Source: a virus (taxonomy: Duplodnaviria; Caudoviricetes). Taken from it: a DNA stretch of 59,425 nucleotides. The DNA lies in the IMG/VR virus record IMGVR_UViG_3300049144_000150, positions 1 to 59,425 of that record, one strand, 5' to 3'. Shown here in pieces: positions 37,021 to 46,381 of the stretch. Position 1 is the stretch's first letter. Each line of letters begins with the position of its first letter. The position numbers were made by a program, and so were the translations under genes. The notes below the pieces were generated by a model, which saw only the letters and a list, made by a program, of their open reading frames with translations, was not told the origin of the DNA and did not search any database.

Positions 37021-38226
37021 ATGGGTAAGGACAAGAAGCCGTCGCCGAGAGTGCGTCGGGCCGCCGAAACCAACGAAGCCGTGGAACGGATCATCGCGTG
37101 TACGGCCCGTGCGGCGCGAGATCTGGCCGACATCCCGCAGGCCAGCGAGAACGTGCGCAGACTCCGCCGGGGTGAGCCAGCCCAGTGGTCTCGTGCACTG
37201 ATCGCCCACTATGGCGCCGAAAGCATCCTCCGAGTTAACGATCACGTGGCCCGGAATGCTGTGGTGGACCTGTGGCGACAGCAAGGCCGGATCGCCTATG
37301 ACCTCCACCCAGAGATGGCGGCCCAGCTCCACCGAGCTGACCTCAAGGGCAAGCTGCCTGGCGGTCTGTTCAACCGGTTGCCTCACATCAATCCACTGAT
37401 CCCGCTGCCCCGGCCGTGGCCGTTCCGCTCCACCCACAACGGGTTGATCCGGGGCTACTTCATCACCGGCCTGATCGGGCGGGAGGCGTTCTGCCCCACC
37501 ATCGATCCGAACCGGGTGGGACTGGGGATCATGCCGTGGATCGAATGGGAAGATGCCGACCCTGACAACTACATGGAAGTGGCAACGCCCCTGTTCGTGC
37601 TGCCCAACACCGATGATCCGTTCACCCTGGAAGACGTGCTGGATCACACGGGCACCTGGCACAACTCGGTCGCGCAGGGCGGCGAGATGAAGTTGGTCCG
37701 ACAGATTCTGCCCGGCCTCATATCGATCCTGATGTATCTGTGCTGTGACAACCGGGATGTGCGAGAACCCATCGACCGAGGACCGGGGGCAAGTAAGCGG
37801 AGCAAGGCGGCGCCTCCACGAGACCCGTTCTGGGTCCAGGTGGGATGGCACATCGGCCCCAAGCTGCACGCCACGCGAATGCTCGCCCAAGGCGGCGGCC
37901 GGATCCGCGACGGAGTCTCGGTACCGTCGGGCGTCGAGTACGGTCCGCAACACCGCGTGGGTCACTACAAGTGGGTGCGCCATGGGCCGGGTCGCTCGCA
38001 GCAGTCGTTCAAGTGGATCGATCCGTACTGGACGAAGTTGGACCTGCTGGAGCAGATGCGGGCCGAGGGCCGCGAACCTGGCACCGGGATCATCCCCGTG
38101 GATCCCCAGCGGGGGGACCCGTCCAGTCACCGCGACGTGAAGCTGTCCAACCTGGGGCGGGCCAAGGAGAAGGAGATCCGCGAACGCGAGGCCCAGCGGG
38201 CGAGAGAAGACGACTGGGACTGGTGA
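37021..38226 (+). CDS. Hypothetical protein with C-terminal P.HR.GH....HGPG......WI.P motif
   Basis: GGGGGAGG RBS; motif resembles the conserved tail of AcrVA2-like phage/plasmid proteins. Confidence 0.7.
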   Translation: MGKDKKPSPRVRRAAETNEAVERIIACTARAARDLADIPQASENVRRLRRGEPAQWSRALIAHYGAESILRVNDHVARNAVVDLWRQQGRIAYDLHPEMAAQLHRADLKGKLPGGLFNRLPHINPLIPLPRPWPFRSTHNGLIRGYFITGLIGREAFCPTIDPNRVGLGIMPWIEWEDADPDNYMEVATPLFVLPNTDDPFTLEDVLDHTGTWHNSVAQGGEMKLVRQILPGLISILMYLCCDNRDVREPIDRGPGASKRSKAAPPRDPFWVQVGWHIGPKLHATRMLAQGGGRIRDGVSVPSGVEYGPQHRVGHYKWVRHGPGRSQQSFKWIDPYWTKLDLLEQMRAEGREPGTGIIPVDPQRGDPSSHRDVKLSNLGRAKEKEIREREAQRAREDDWDW

Positions 38227-38269
38227 TCCCGAAGACGAGCGAGGGGCGGACCAGGCGGTCCGCCCCTCA

Positions 38270-38328
38270 GAGTTGTATCGCGCGATACAGGTTCAGCCTG
38301 TCGGAGTTGTATCGCGCGATACAGGTTC
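38270..38328. repeat. Two 25-bp direct repeats, each with palindrome TGTATCGCGCGATACA (candidate parS)
   Basis: GAGTTGTATCGCGCGATACAGGTTC at 38270-38294 and 38304-38328; second copy lies inside the 3' end of the ParB-like gene. Confidence 0.85.
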
Positions 38329-39198
38329 GGGTTCCACCCCCAGCTCGGCGAAGATCTCCTTGGCCACCAGCAGAGCGATGTCAGGCTGAGCGCGAGCCAC
38401 CTCCCGGACCAGCCGGGCGTCGAAGGTGCCCGGCTTCGACTGGAACCGCAACACAGGAAGGTCCGAGCCCGAGCTGGGCAGCTCCTCGTCGCCCTCCGAC
38501 ACCTGCCTGTCGGGTTCGTACCCGAGCTGCCTCCGGATCTTCAGCAGGGACGGAGCACTGGTGTCCCCCCATCCCATGGCGGTCGTCCAGACTTCCCGGA
38601 CCGCCTTCTGGCCGAAGTTGGTCAGCACCGGAGCGAGAGCGTCGATCTGCCGGACGCCCAGCTTCCCCACGTCGAGTCCCGCCAGGGCCTCACGGATCGG
38701 CTCTTCCTTGGTCATCCGGTACGCATGCTGCCGGGACACCTTCACGATGCGCAGCCACGCCGACCACGACCGGCACTCCTTGCCGGTGTCGGGGTCCTTG
38801 CAGGCCCTCCAGGACTCCGTTGCCCACGCCAGCCGTACCGCAGGACCCGCGTACTCGAAGTACGTCGTGAGGGTCTTCTTCTGCATCGCCTCCAGTAGAG
38901 CGTTCGCCGCGTACAGGCGCTTCTCGCAGGCAACGATGACCTCGGCAGCTTCCCCGGTTTCCGGCAGCTCGGCCGTCAGTATGTCGCGTACGGGGGCAGG
39001 TACCAGATCGGCCAGCGTGGGGGACGAGACCTGCTTCGGCATGGCCGCCTTCACGGAGTTGCCGTCGCCCGCCTCCTCCGCCAGCGTCTCGCGCGTCACT
39101 TCGATCGGCCCATTGCCGGTCGGAGGCAGCATGCCCCGGGGGACCTTGACCGACGTGCCCCCGTCGGCCTTTCCTCCGACGACCTGACCCTTCCTCAT
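38293..39198 (-). CDS. Atypical ParB-like centromere-binding protein
   Basis: Coupled downstream of parA; HTH-like SWSAWLRIVKVSRQHAYRM; no recognisable GxxR CTPase motif. Confidence 0.65.
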   Translation of the reverse strand: MRKGQVVGGKADGGTSVKVPRGMLPPTGNGPIEVTRETLAEEAGDGNSVKAAMPKQVSSPTLADLVPAPVRDILTAELPETGEAAEVIVACEKRLYAANALLEAMQKKTLTTYFEYAGPAVRLAWATESWRACKDPDTGKECRSWSAWLRIVKVSRQHAYRMTKEEPIREALAGLDVGKLGVRQIDALAPVLTNFGQKAVREVWTTAMGWGDTSAPSLLKIRRQLGYEPDRQVSEGDEELPSSGSDLPVLRFQSKPGTFDARLVREVARAQPDIALLVAKEIFAELGVEPEPVSRDTTPTG

Positions 39199-40097
39199 CG
39201 TGCGGCCATCTCCTTCAGCAGTTCATCCAGCTTCGGCTGCGTCATGATGTCGAGGGAGCGCACCTGCTCGGCGGTCAGAATCTCTCCGTCGAGCAGCATC
39301 GGCACGTGCTCCTCCATCTCCCGCTTGGTCATCAGGCCCGCATTGAGAACCTGTGCAGGCGACAGAATCTCCGTCTCCAGGAGGAGGGGCACCAGCCCCG
39401 CCAGCTCGTCCCAACGGGGCTGGTCCGGGTCCTGTACAGGGGATCCCTTCATCCTCGGGATTCGGCCGAACGCCCGCTTGTACGCCGTCCGCATGGGGAT
39501 GTCGGTGTCGAGCAGGGGATACGGCTCCTGCCGGTCGTCGTCCGGGTCGTCCCAGAGCAGGACCGCGCGGCTCTCCACCTTGTCCCGGCTGTTCTCGCAG
39601 CGGCTCAGCACGTAGTAGAAGGCGCAGCCGTAGGGGTTGAGGGTGGCAGCCATCAGGGCGGCATCGCGCGTTTTGGGGGCCTGCTCCAGGTCACCCTCGT
39701 CGGGGCACAGGGGTACGAGCAGCTTGTGCGCGCGCCGGACGGCGCTCTGGAAAGCCCCGATGTTGCCGCCTCCGACATCGACGAGGACATAGTCGACGTC
39801 TCCGCGCGCCACGACCTTGTCGATCTCCTCGTGCAGCGTGTCGAAGGGATGCCGGATGACCTCGATGTCCCATTCGTACTTTCGCTGACGGGCCTTGACC
39901 GGCCAGTTGGAGCTGGTCTGCGATCCCGAGTCCGCATCGAAGACGACGACGCGGTAGCCGAACACGGTGCGCAGAATCAGAGCGATGAGCATGGCCAGTC
40001 GGCTCTTGCCGGTGCCGCCCTTCAGGGCGCCGACTGCGTAGACGCGCGTCTCCGCTCGCTCGCCCTGACGGGGCGCGACGAGCTTGGGGGTTGTCAT
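39195..40097 (-). CDS. parA: ParA-family partition ATPase
   Basis: Deviant Walker A LKGGTGKS, VVVFDAD, DYVLVDVGG, KLLVP. Confidence 0.9.
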   Translation of the reverse strand: MTTPKLVAPRQGERAETRVYAVGALKGGTGKSRLAMLIALILRTVFGYRVVVFDADSGSQTSSNWPVKARQRKYEWDIEVIRHPFDTLHEEIDKVVARGDVDYVLVDVGGGNIGAFQSAVRRAHKLLVPLCPDEGDLEQAPKTRDAALMAATLNPYGCAFYYVLSRCENSRDKVESRAVLLWDDPDDDRQEPYPLLDTDIPMRTAYKRAFGRIPRMKGSPVQDPDQPRWDELAGLVPLLLETEILSPAQVLNAGLMTKREMEEHVPMLLDGEILTAEQVRSLDIMTQPKLDELLKEMAAR

Positions 40098-40255
40098 GGG
40101 GGTCCCTTTCCGAGTACCGGCCCCGGTGATCCGTTATCACGGAGCCTGGGGAAGCACCACCCAACCACCTCAGCGGCTCGAAGAACAAGCTGGACAGGCA
40201 GCAGACTTGCTCATCAACACACGAAAAGACGGACCCCGGCACCGGGGTCCGTCTT

Positions 40256-41017
40256 TCATGCGATCGTTTTCAGGAGGGATACGAGGAAGGTGTCCGGGGG
40301 CCGAGTGGCCTCCTTGGCGTCATCTCCCCGAGCTGAACTTGCCGAGTCGTCCGGTCTGGGTTCGCTCGTCGACTCGCCAGGTTCCGGAGAAGGAGACGGC
40401 GGTGGTTCTTGAAGTACGCACTCGTACTTGGGTTCCGGGTCCGTAGGGCCCGTCGTCCGGGTGCAGGTGTACCTGTTCCCCTGCGGGTCCACATACGTCC
40501 ACTCGTACGGGGGTTCACCCGGATCCCCCTTCTCGCCGTCCTCGCCGTCCTTGCCGTCCCGCCCCGGAGCCCCTGTCGCATCCTGACCAGCCGGACCCGG
40601 TGGACCGGGGACTGTGGAATCGGCGCCCGGCGCACCGGAGGGGCCTGGGGATCCTGGCGGCCCGGCAGGGCCCGATGGTCCGGGGCTGGGCGTGATGGTC
40701 GGAGCGGGCTTGCCGGGGCGTCCGGACGGGCCAGGAGGCCCAGAGGGGCCGATGACCGTCCGACCGTCAGCACCCTTCGGTCCCGCTATCGGCGTGCCCC
40801 CCAGATCCTTCACCTGTTCGGCAAGCAGGGCCCGGTCCCGGTTGACCTTGTCCAGACTGTCATTGGCCCTGGCCAGGTTCTGGGACAGGATCAAGAACGC
40901 CGTGACTACGGCGGCCAGCGCCCCCGTCGCCAGAGCAATCGCCACACCGGCCGCCACGTTCCCGCGCTTGCGGCGTATTCGCGCCTCCAGGCGACCGCCA
41001 GGCTTCGCGGTTTTCAC
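40256..41017 (-). CDS. Membrane-anchored collagen-like protein of the lysis cassette
   Basis: TM helix, coiled coil, LGGTP, GPxGPx repeats, Cys-flanked C-terminal domain; AGGAGG RBS; GTGA overlap. Confidence 0.75.
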   Translation of the reverse strand: MKTAKPGGRLEARIRRKRGNVAAGVAIALATGALAAVVTAFLILSQNLARANDSLDKVNRDRALLAEQVKDLGGTPIAGPKGADGRTVIGPSGPPGPSGRPGKPAPTITPSPGPSGPAGPPGSPGPSGAPGADSTVPGPPGPAGQDATGAPGRDGKDGEDGEKGDPGEPPYEWTYVDPQGNRYTCTRTTGPTDPEPKYECVLQEPPPSPSPEPGESTSEPRPDDSASSARGDDAKEATRPPDTFLVSLLKTIA

Positions 41018-41367
41018 GGGTTCCCTCCTGAGACAAGGAACAGAATCACCGGGATGCAGAGGCCGAGGAAGGGGATGATGACGCTTGCCACGAGCCACCT
41101 CCGGGTCTGGGTGACCCGGTTCGCATCCTGAGTACGCTGTTCCCCGAGAGCCTGGATATCCCTCTCCTGTTTCGCCGCCAGTTGTTCGACGGCTTTGGTG
41201 AGGTCGATGATGTCCTTGGCCATGGCCGCCTTCTCGACGGCGTAGACATCGGCCGACACTAGCTTGTCCAGGCGCTGGTTGATGGCTTGCATGTCCTCGC
41301 GGACGTCATCACGCAGCGCTCGGATGAGTCGCCCTAGCTCCCCCAGGGACGGCTCGTCTATGTTCAC
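41014..41367 (-). CDS. Phage-type coiled-coil membrane protein
   Basis: EPSLGELGR coiled coil plus C-terminal TM helix. Confidence 0.7.
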   Translation of the reverse strand: MNIDEPSLGELGRLIRALRDDVREDMQAINQRLDKLVSADVYAVEKAAMAKDIIDLTKAVEQLAAKQERDIQALGEQRTQDANRVTQTRRWLVASVIIPFLGLCIPVILFLVSGGNP

Positions 41368-41455
41368 GGTTCACCCCCGGTGGAGCCCAGACGGGCAGGC
41401 AGTCCAGTTGCACGCAAAGGGCAGCGGCCCGCCGGGATTCGGGCCGCTGCGCTCG

Positions 41456-41833
41456 TCAGGCTGCCTTGGTCAAGGGCTGGGGGCCCTTCTGCTCCAGGGG
41501 AAGAACGGTGACCGGCGGGGTGACCTGCGGGCGCTCGACCACGGCGAGGACGGCGGCGACGAGGGACATCCATCCGGCCTGCGCCTCACTGGACATGTCG
41601 AGACCGAAGCCGACGAACAGGGCCAGAAGGGCGGACGCGAACTGCATGATGGCGGCACCGACAGCGCCGTTGCGCAGAATCCATGCCGACGCCACGGCGA
41701 CCGCGCAGGACAGGACGGTGTTGATGAGCGTCTGCTGCGTCTCGCTCACGTCGAGGCCGTAGGCCGCCCCGAGCTTGAGCGCGATGGAGATGACGGCCAG
41801 GATGAGGACCGGCTCTCTGCCGAAGATCTTCAT
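41456..41833 (-). CDS. Holin-like multi-TM protein
   Basis: MKIFGREP start and ERPQVTP end typical of actinophage holins; follows the endolysin. Confidence 0.75.
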   Translation of the reverse strand: MKIFGREPVLILAVISIALKLGAAYGLDVSETQQTLINTVLSCAVAVASAWILRNGAVGAAIMQFASALLALFVGFGLDMSSEAQAGWMSLVAAVLAVVERPQVTPPVTVLPLEQKGPQPLTKAA

Positions 41834-41852
41834 TGCATACCCCCTCGTGGGT

Positions 41853-42953
41853 TCAGGCGACGACGGTGAAGCCGTGCTTGTCGCCGAGCTTCGTGAGACT
41901 TTCCTTGCCCGGGATGCCATCGGCGGCCCCGCCGGGCTTCGTGGAGGCACCGGGGTACAGCTTGAGCTGCCACTTGCGGTACGCCTCGATCGTGGTGCTG
42001 CCGAAGTGACCGTCGCTGTACTTCTTGGCCAGCAGGCCCTCGTCCACCAATGCCGCTTCGACCGTCTTGACGCCGGAGTACGTGACCGGCTGACCCGACG
42101 CCGACGGGTTCTTGCGGGCGGCCTCAATGAGCTTGGAGAGGTCCACCTTCGGCTTGACCGGAGTCGGCAGGGGCTTGCCGTTCGGCACGACCAGTTCCTG
42201 CCCGACGTGGATCTCGTCCGGGTCCTTGATGCGATCCCGGTTGGCCAGGTACAGCGCTTCCGGCGTGACACCGAGCGCCTTGGCGATGCCCGACAGGGTG
42301 TCGCCGGGCTTCACGGTGTACGTGGTGCCGGTGGACGGCGGCGGCGTCGGCTTGTCCGGCGCAGAGGCGAGACGGGCACGGATGCGGTTGCGCATCGAGT
42401 CCATCGTGAACCCGCGCGGGTCGACCTTGCCCGGCTGCCACTCCAGGTGACCGATGACGGATCGCTCACTCCAGCCGTAGTGACGGCAGATCGCGGCGGC
42501 GACACGCTCGATCGCTTCGAGCTGCGCGGCGGGCCATGGATCCTTACCGTCTCCCAGGTTCTCGCATTCGAACCCGAAGAAGTGACGGTTTCCGTCCACG
42601 CTTGCCTGGTTGTCGGCGGGGAGATTCCGCTCTGCGATGACGGCCGAAAGTACGTCCGGGTCACCCAGGCCCGCGTGGTTGGCACGGCCGTAGCCAACCA
42701 GGTAGACCGTGCCGGACTTGGCGATCATGCCGTGGCACAGAGGACCGGGCAGCGAACTGTAGCCGTCCCGGACAATGTTGACGGTGTTGCTGGTCCCCTT
42801 GGTGACGGTGTGGTGGATCATCACACCGTTGACCGGACCCCAGGGTCCCTTGTGATTCCTGTTGTGCGTCTCCCAGTTGCCGACTTCGACTACTTCAACG
42901 CCCTCCTTCTTCAGGATGGCGATGAACGTTGCTGCGCTCATCGGCGTAGACAA
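41853..42953 (-). CDS. Endolysin: N-acetylmuramoyl-L-alanine amidase plus LysM plus PG-binding domain
   Basis: MIHHTV, GRANHAG, GFECEN, IGHLEW, K.DP; LysM YTVKPGDTLSGIA; DGHFG...DGIPG; TTG start after AAGGAG. Confidence 0.92.
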   Translation of the reverse strand: MSTPMSAATFIAILKKEGVEVVEVGNWETHNRNHKGPWGPVNGVMIHHTVTKGTSNTVNIVRDGYSSLPGPLCHGMIAKSGTVYLVGYGRANHAGLGDPDVLSAVIAERNLPADNQASVDGNRHFFGFECENLGDGKDPWPAAQLEAIERVAAAICRHYGWSERSVIGHLEWQPGKVDPRGFTMDSMRNRIRARLASAPDKPTPPPSTGTTYTVKPGDTLSGIAKALGVTPEALYLANRDRIKDPDEIHVGQELVVPNGKPLPTPVKPKVDLSKLIEAARKNPSASGQPVTYSGVKTVEAALVDEGLLAKKYSDGHFGSTTIEAYRKWQLKLYPGASTKPGGAADGIPGKESLTKLGDKHGFTVVA

Positions 42954-43060
42954 GGCTTTCTCCTTCCTTCGACGAACACAGCTTCGCACGGATCTACGAA
43001 CTTTCTGCTCGACAGATTCTCGTTTTTCTGCAAGACTGGTACCAGGAAAGGGGATTGAAC

Positions 43061-43642
43061 GTGAACAAGAAGACCATCGCCGTCCTGACCGGAACCGTCA
43101 TCCTGCCGCTGGCGGCGGTCGGATGTTCTGGCGGATCGAGCAAGACGTATTCCTACGAGGTTTCCGGCGTCGTGGAGGCCGCTCAGGTCGACTACGAGTG
43201 CAAGGGGGACCTGGACATGGAGGCCGCCTCCTTCGTGGTGGGCCGCGCCAAGCCGAAGCCGAAGAAGGCGGACTCGGGCGACAGCTCCAGCGACTCCGGG
43301 GACAACAAGCAGGAGGAGCCCGCCAAGAAGAACGTGGCCACCCCCAAGGCCCCGGCGAACAAGGCGCCCTCCAAGGCCCCGGCGAGCAGGACTCCGGCGA
43401 GCAGGAGCAAGGAACCTGCCAAGTCGGGCGGCGTGAAGCTGTCCAAGAAGCCGGACAAGCCGGAGCGCGTCACCAAGATCAAGCCCCCGAAGTACAAGCA
43501 CAAGCCGAAGGGGTGTCACGAGGAGTACGAGCTGTTCGTGAAGAACCGCGAGGGTCTGTTCGAGCAGGATGTCCGCAAGGTCGACTACGACAACTGCCTG
43601 GACAAAGCGCGCGAACGCTTCCCGGCCTGCACGAAGAACTGA
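43061..43642 (+). CDS. Lys/Pro-rich lipoprotein
   Basis: Signal peptide with lipobox AVGC; KAPA repeats. Confidence 0.75.
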   Translation: MNKKTIAVLTGTVILPLAAVGCSGGSSKTYSYEVSGVVEAAQVDYECKGDLDMEAASFVVGRAKPKPKKADSGDSSSDSGDNKQEEPAKKNVATPKAPANKAPSKAPASRTPASRSKEPAKSGGVKLSKKPDKPERVTKIKPPKYKHKPKGCHEEYELFVKNREGLFEQDVRKVDYDNCLDKARERFPACTKN

Positions 43643-43721
43643 CCTAGCAGCAACGGGCCGCCGTCCCAGAGACACACTGGGGCGGCGGCCCGTTGTCGTC
43701 GTTTACGGAGGAGGGAATCAC

Positions 43722-44138
43722 ATGGAACTGAGGATCAGCGTTCGAGGCGAGTTCCGCATCGAACCGCCGCTGAAGTGGTCGGAGATCAAGGCCAGCAGCT
43801 TCCTTCACACGGAGCAGGGCGGCTCCGGAATCACGGACCTGGTGCTCCAGGTGACATCGCAGGAGTACGAAACGGAAGAGGGGCTGAACACGGTCATAAC
43901 CTGTGATCGCGCCGTGCCCTGGACCCACTCGCCCTACGACCCGGCGAACCTGCTGGAGAACGCGGAGGATCTGCGGGCCGAATGTGCTGGGCACAAGGTG
44001 ACCGGCGAGATGATCCTGTACGACATGGAGCGAGTGGGGTACGTGACCAGGATCGTGATGGATGCCGAGGGTGTCCGCGAGGAGTGCGCACGGCTGGTGT
44101 GGCCGGACGGCGAGGAAGGCGAACCGCTGTACTACTGA
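43722..44138 (+). CDS. Hypothetical actinophage-type protein (DUF6205-like)
   Basis: GEFRIEPPLKWSEIK...LVWPDG; GGAGGAGG RBS. Confidence 0.65.
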   Translation: MELRISVRGEFRIEPPLKWSEIKASSFLHTEQGGSGITDLVLQVTSQEYETEEGLNTVITCDRAVPWTHSPYDPANLLENAEDLRAECAGHKVTGEMILYDMERVGYVTRIVMDAEGVREECARLVWPDGEEGEPLYY

Positions 44139-44784
44139 AGTCCGATCTCTTGAGAGGGCGGGGTCTTATGGCTCCGCCCTCTTTGCGTACCGTCGGCTTC
44201 ATGCCGACAGCGCCGATCTGGATGACCGAGCCGTGCCCTCGTTGCGGCATCTGCCATCCGCGCCATTGTCCGGACTGCCCGAACGATCCTCCATGCCCCG
44301 ATCACGTCTGCTCCTGGCCGGAGGAAGAGGATCGGTAGTTTCACGAAGTCACAAGAAGTTACCGGGCAGTCACGCGAAAAGGGTTGGAAGAGACTCGAAT
44401 TCCGGAAGAGAAGCTACCGAACGGTAACCTGCAAACCTCTTGGATAAGTAGGACGTACGGGCGTGAATGCCCCTTCTGGGGATGAACCGAAAAGGTATCT
44501 TGACCTGGGCAGTTGAAGAGAATGTCCCAGTTCGCCGCACTATGTGACGCCCGATTCACCCTGTCTTGACCGGAATCATCCACCGCCAGTCCAAGCGGAG
44601 CGCGCCCCAAGTTGGGTTGAATGTCCATATTCGCTGCGCTTCGCCCTCTGGGTCGAATCACAATGAATCGGACATTCAGAAGTGGCCTACCTTCGGATAG
44701 GCCATCCCTGATATGCTCGGCCTAGGCCAACTCGAAGACAGGTCAACAGGGTTGGCGTTTACGCAGGTCAGCGACAGGAGTCTC

Positions 44785-45009
44785 ATGAAGGACAAACACG
44801 GCTTCCCCGCCCACTCCTATGCCTGCCGGAACAAGGAGCATCGCCCCGCCTGGAGTGTCGACGTGCGCCACGCCAACTACTCCGCTTTCAACGGAGGCCG
44901 CAGGACGCCGTCCGCCTACTCCCAGGTGCGCTGCGGATCCTGCGGTTGCGTCTGGCGCACCAAGGCGGCCTACGTCGACACCCTCCCGAACACCCGGACG
45001 AACGCGTGA
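44785..45009 (+). CDS. Small Zn-binding hypothetical protein
   Basis: AGGAG RBS; NYSAFNG..TPS.YS.V.C..CG..WRT; GGCCTAGGCC at 44719-44728 upstream. Confidence 0.65.
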   Translation: MKDKHGFPAHSYACRNKEHRPAWSVDVRHANYSAFNGGRRTPSAYSQVRCGSCGCVWRTKAAYVDTLPNTRTNA

Positions 45010-45458
45010 TCCTCATCGTCACGGGGTCCCGCGAATGGGGCGAACCGGCCCATCGCCGACTCGGGCGCGGAAGGGCTTCCGTCTGGGTTCCGCTCGACAG
45101 AATCCGCCTGCGACATGCCACTCCCGAGAATCCTCTGGTCGTCCGCAACGGCATGGCCAGCAGGGGCCTCGACTCCCTCGTGCACGAGTGGTGCGAAGAG
45201 TACAAGGACGAGTACGTCGTCGAGGACCCCAACCCTGCCGACTGGGATCGCTGGGGCTGGAGGGCAGGTTTCCGCCGCAACGGCAGCATGGTCCGCAAGG
45301 GCGCCGACCAGGGGCTGGTCTGGGCTGTTCCGTGCACGAAGGACTCCCCCTGGTGCCCACCAGGGCCCCACCCGACCCACGGCACCGCCGACTGTGTCGA
45401 GCAGATGCGCAAGGCGGGCATCCCGGTCTTCTTCTGTCCGAACGGGATGAAGTGGTAG
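45006..45458 (+). CDS. SLOG superfamily (YspA/DUF2493-like) protein
   Basis: ILIVTGSREW, G.A.RG.D, PADWDRWG..AG.RRN..MV, GTADCV...RKAGIPV. Confidence 0.85.
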   Translation: MILIVTGSREWGEPAHRRLGRGRASVWVPLDRIRLRHATPENPLVVRNGMASRGLDSLVHEWCEEYKDEYVVEDPNPADWDRWGWRAGFRRNGSMVRKGADQGLVWAVPCTKDSPWCPPGPHPTHGTADCVEQMRKAGIPVFFCPNGMKW

Positions 45459-45591
45459 CCGTGACGTAGACGGCAAAGAAAGGTCAACTTCCCTTGTTCG
45501 CCATAGATTCCAGGGCGAACTCCGGAAAGAACTTCGGAAAGGAAAGAAAGCCCCGGCTATCGTCGGGGCTTTCGAAGAAACGGAGCGCACC

Positions 45592-46071
45592 ATGAACAAG
45601 GTCACCAAGTTCACCGTTCCCGTCGTCATCGGCTGGGGTCTCACGCTGGCCCTCGTCCCCACCGACGCCCATGCCGCGACCTCGATACGCAGCAAGGCGC
45701 TCAGCACCGCCGCCGCCCAGAAGGGCGACCCCTACCGCGACAGGGCGGCCGGGCCCAACGCCTTCGACTGCTCGGGCCTCACGTACTACTCGTACAAGAA
45801 GCACGGCAAGACGCTGCCGCGCACCGCCCAGGGGCAGTACAACAAGTCCACCAAGGTCAGCGCCTCGAAGCGCCAGAAGGGCGACCTCGTCTTCATCGGC
45901 CGCTCGTCCGGCTCGATCTACCACGTGGGCATCTACGCGGGCTTCTGGTCCGGCAAGGGCTGGATGTGGAACGCGAACTCCGGCAAGTACCGGGGCAAGA
46001 AGGTGGTGCTCGCTCCCATCGCCGAGTACACCAAGGGCACCCCGAAGGCGTACTACGGCAGGTTCAAGTAG
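45592..46071 (+). CDS. Secreted NlpC/P60 cell-wall peptidase
   Basis: Signal peptide; GDPY, FDCSGL, LPRTA, GDLVF, HVGIY. Confidence 0.92.
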   Translation: MNKVTKFTVPVVIGWGLTLALVPTDAHAATSIRSKALSTAAAQKGDPYRDRAAGPNAFDCSGLTYYSYKKHGKTLPRTAQGQYNKSTKVSASKRQKGDLVFIGRSSGSIYHVGIYAGFWSGKGWMWNANSGKYRGKKVVLAPIAEYTKGTPKAYYGRFK

Positions 46072-46128
46072 ATATTCGCCTCAGATTCCGAGGCGAATCA
46101 AAGTAGAAACTTTCGGAAGGGTGGAAAC

Positions 46129-46380
46129 GTGATCGAACAGGTCGAGATCCCTGTGGGCGCCGAGACGGCCATCCGGTCGGTGCGGTGGGTCATCCAGTCC
46201 CGCGCGCACGAGGGTGACCCCTGGCGCACCGAGAACGACACCACCCCCGGCCTGCCCGGGGCCTTCGAGGACGGCGCCCGCAAGCTCCTGGACATCTACC
46301 GCAGGAAAGTGGGCCCGGAGCGTGAAAGCCGCCTCGTGAAGCGGACGATCGCCTGCTACGACGAGCCGGTGGAGGGCTGA
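46129..46380 (+). CDS. Hypothetical protein
   Basis: High GC3, CGGAAGGG RBS. Confidence 0.6.
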   Translation: MIEQVEIPVGAETAIRSVRWVIQSRAHEGDPWRTENDTTPGLPGAFEDGARKLLDIYRRKVGPERESRLVKRTIACYDEPVEG

Positions 46381-46381
46381 C

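Noticed and set aside
40500-40790. GC-rich periodic repeat
   Set aside because: Explained by collagen Gly-X-Y codons of the 40256-41017 gene
3742-44770. Intergenic GCAGGTCA/TGACCTGC octamers (3742, 10884, 44763) as a specific regulon
   Set aside because: The octamer also occurs in ordinary coding sequence (17327, 29741, 41521); enrichment cannot be shown without counting
45480-45591. c-di-AMP (ydaO) riboswitch before the NlpC/P60 gene
   Set aside because: Only two simple hairpins; I could not find the conserved ydaO elements
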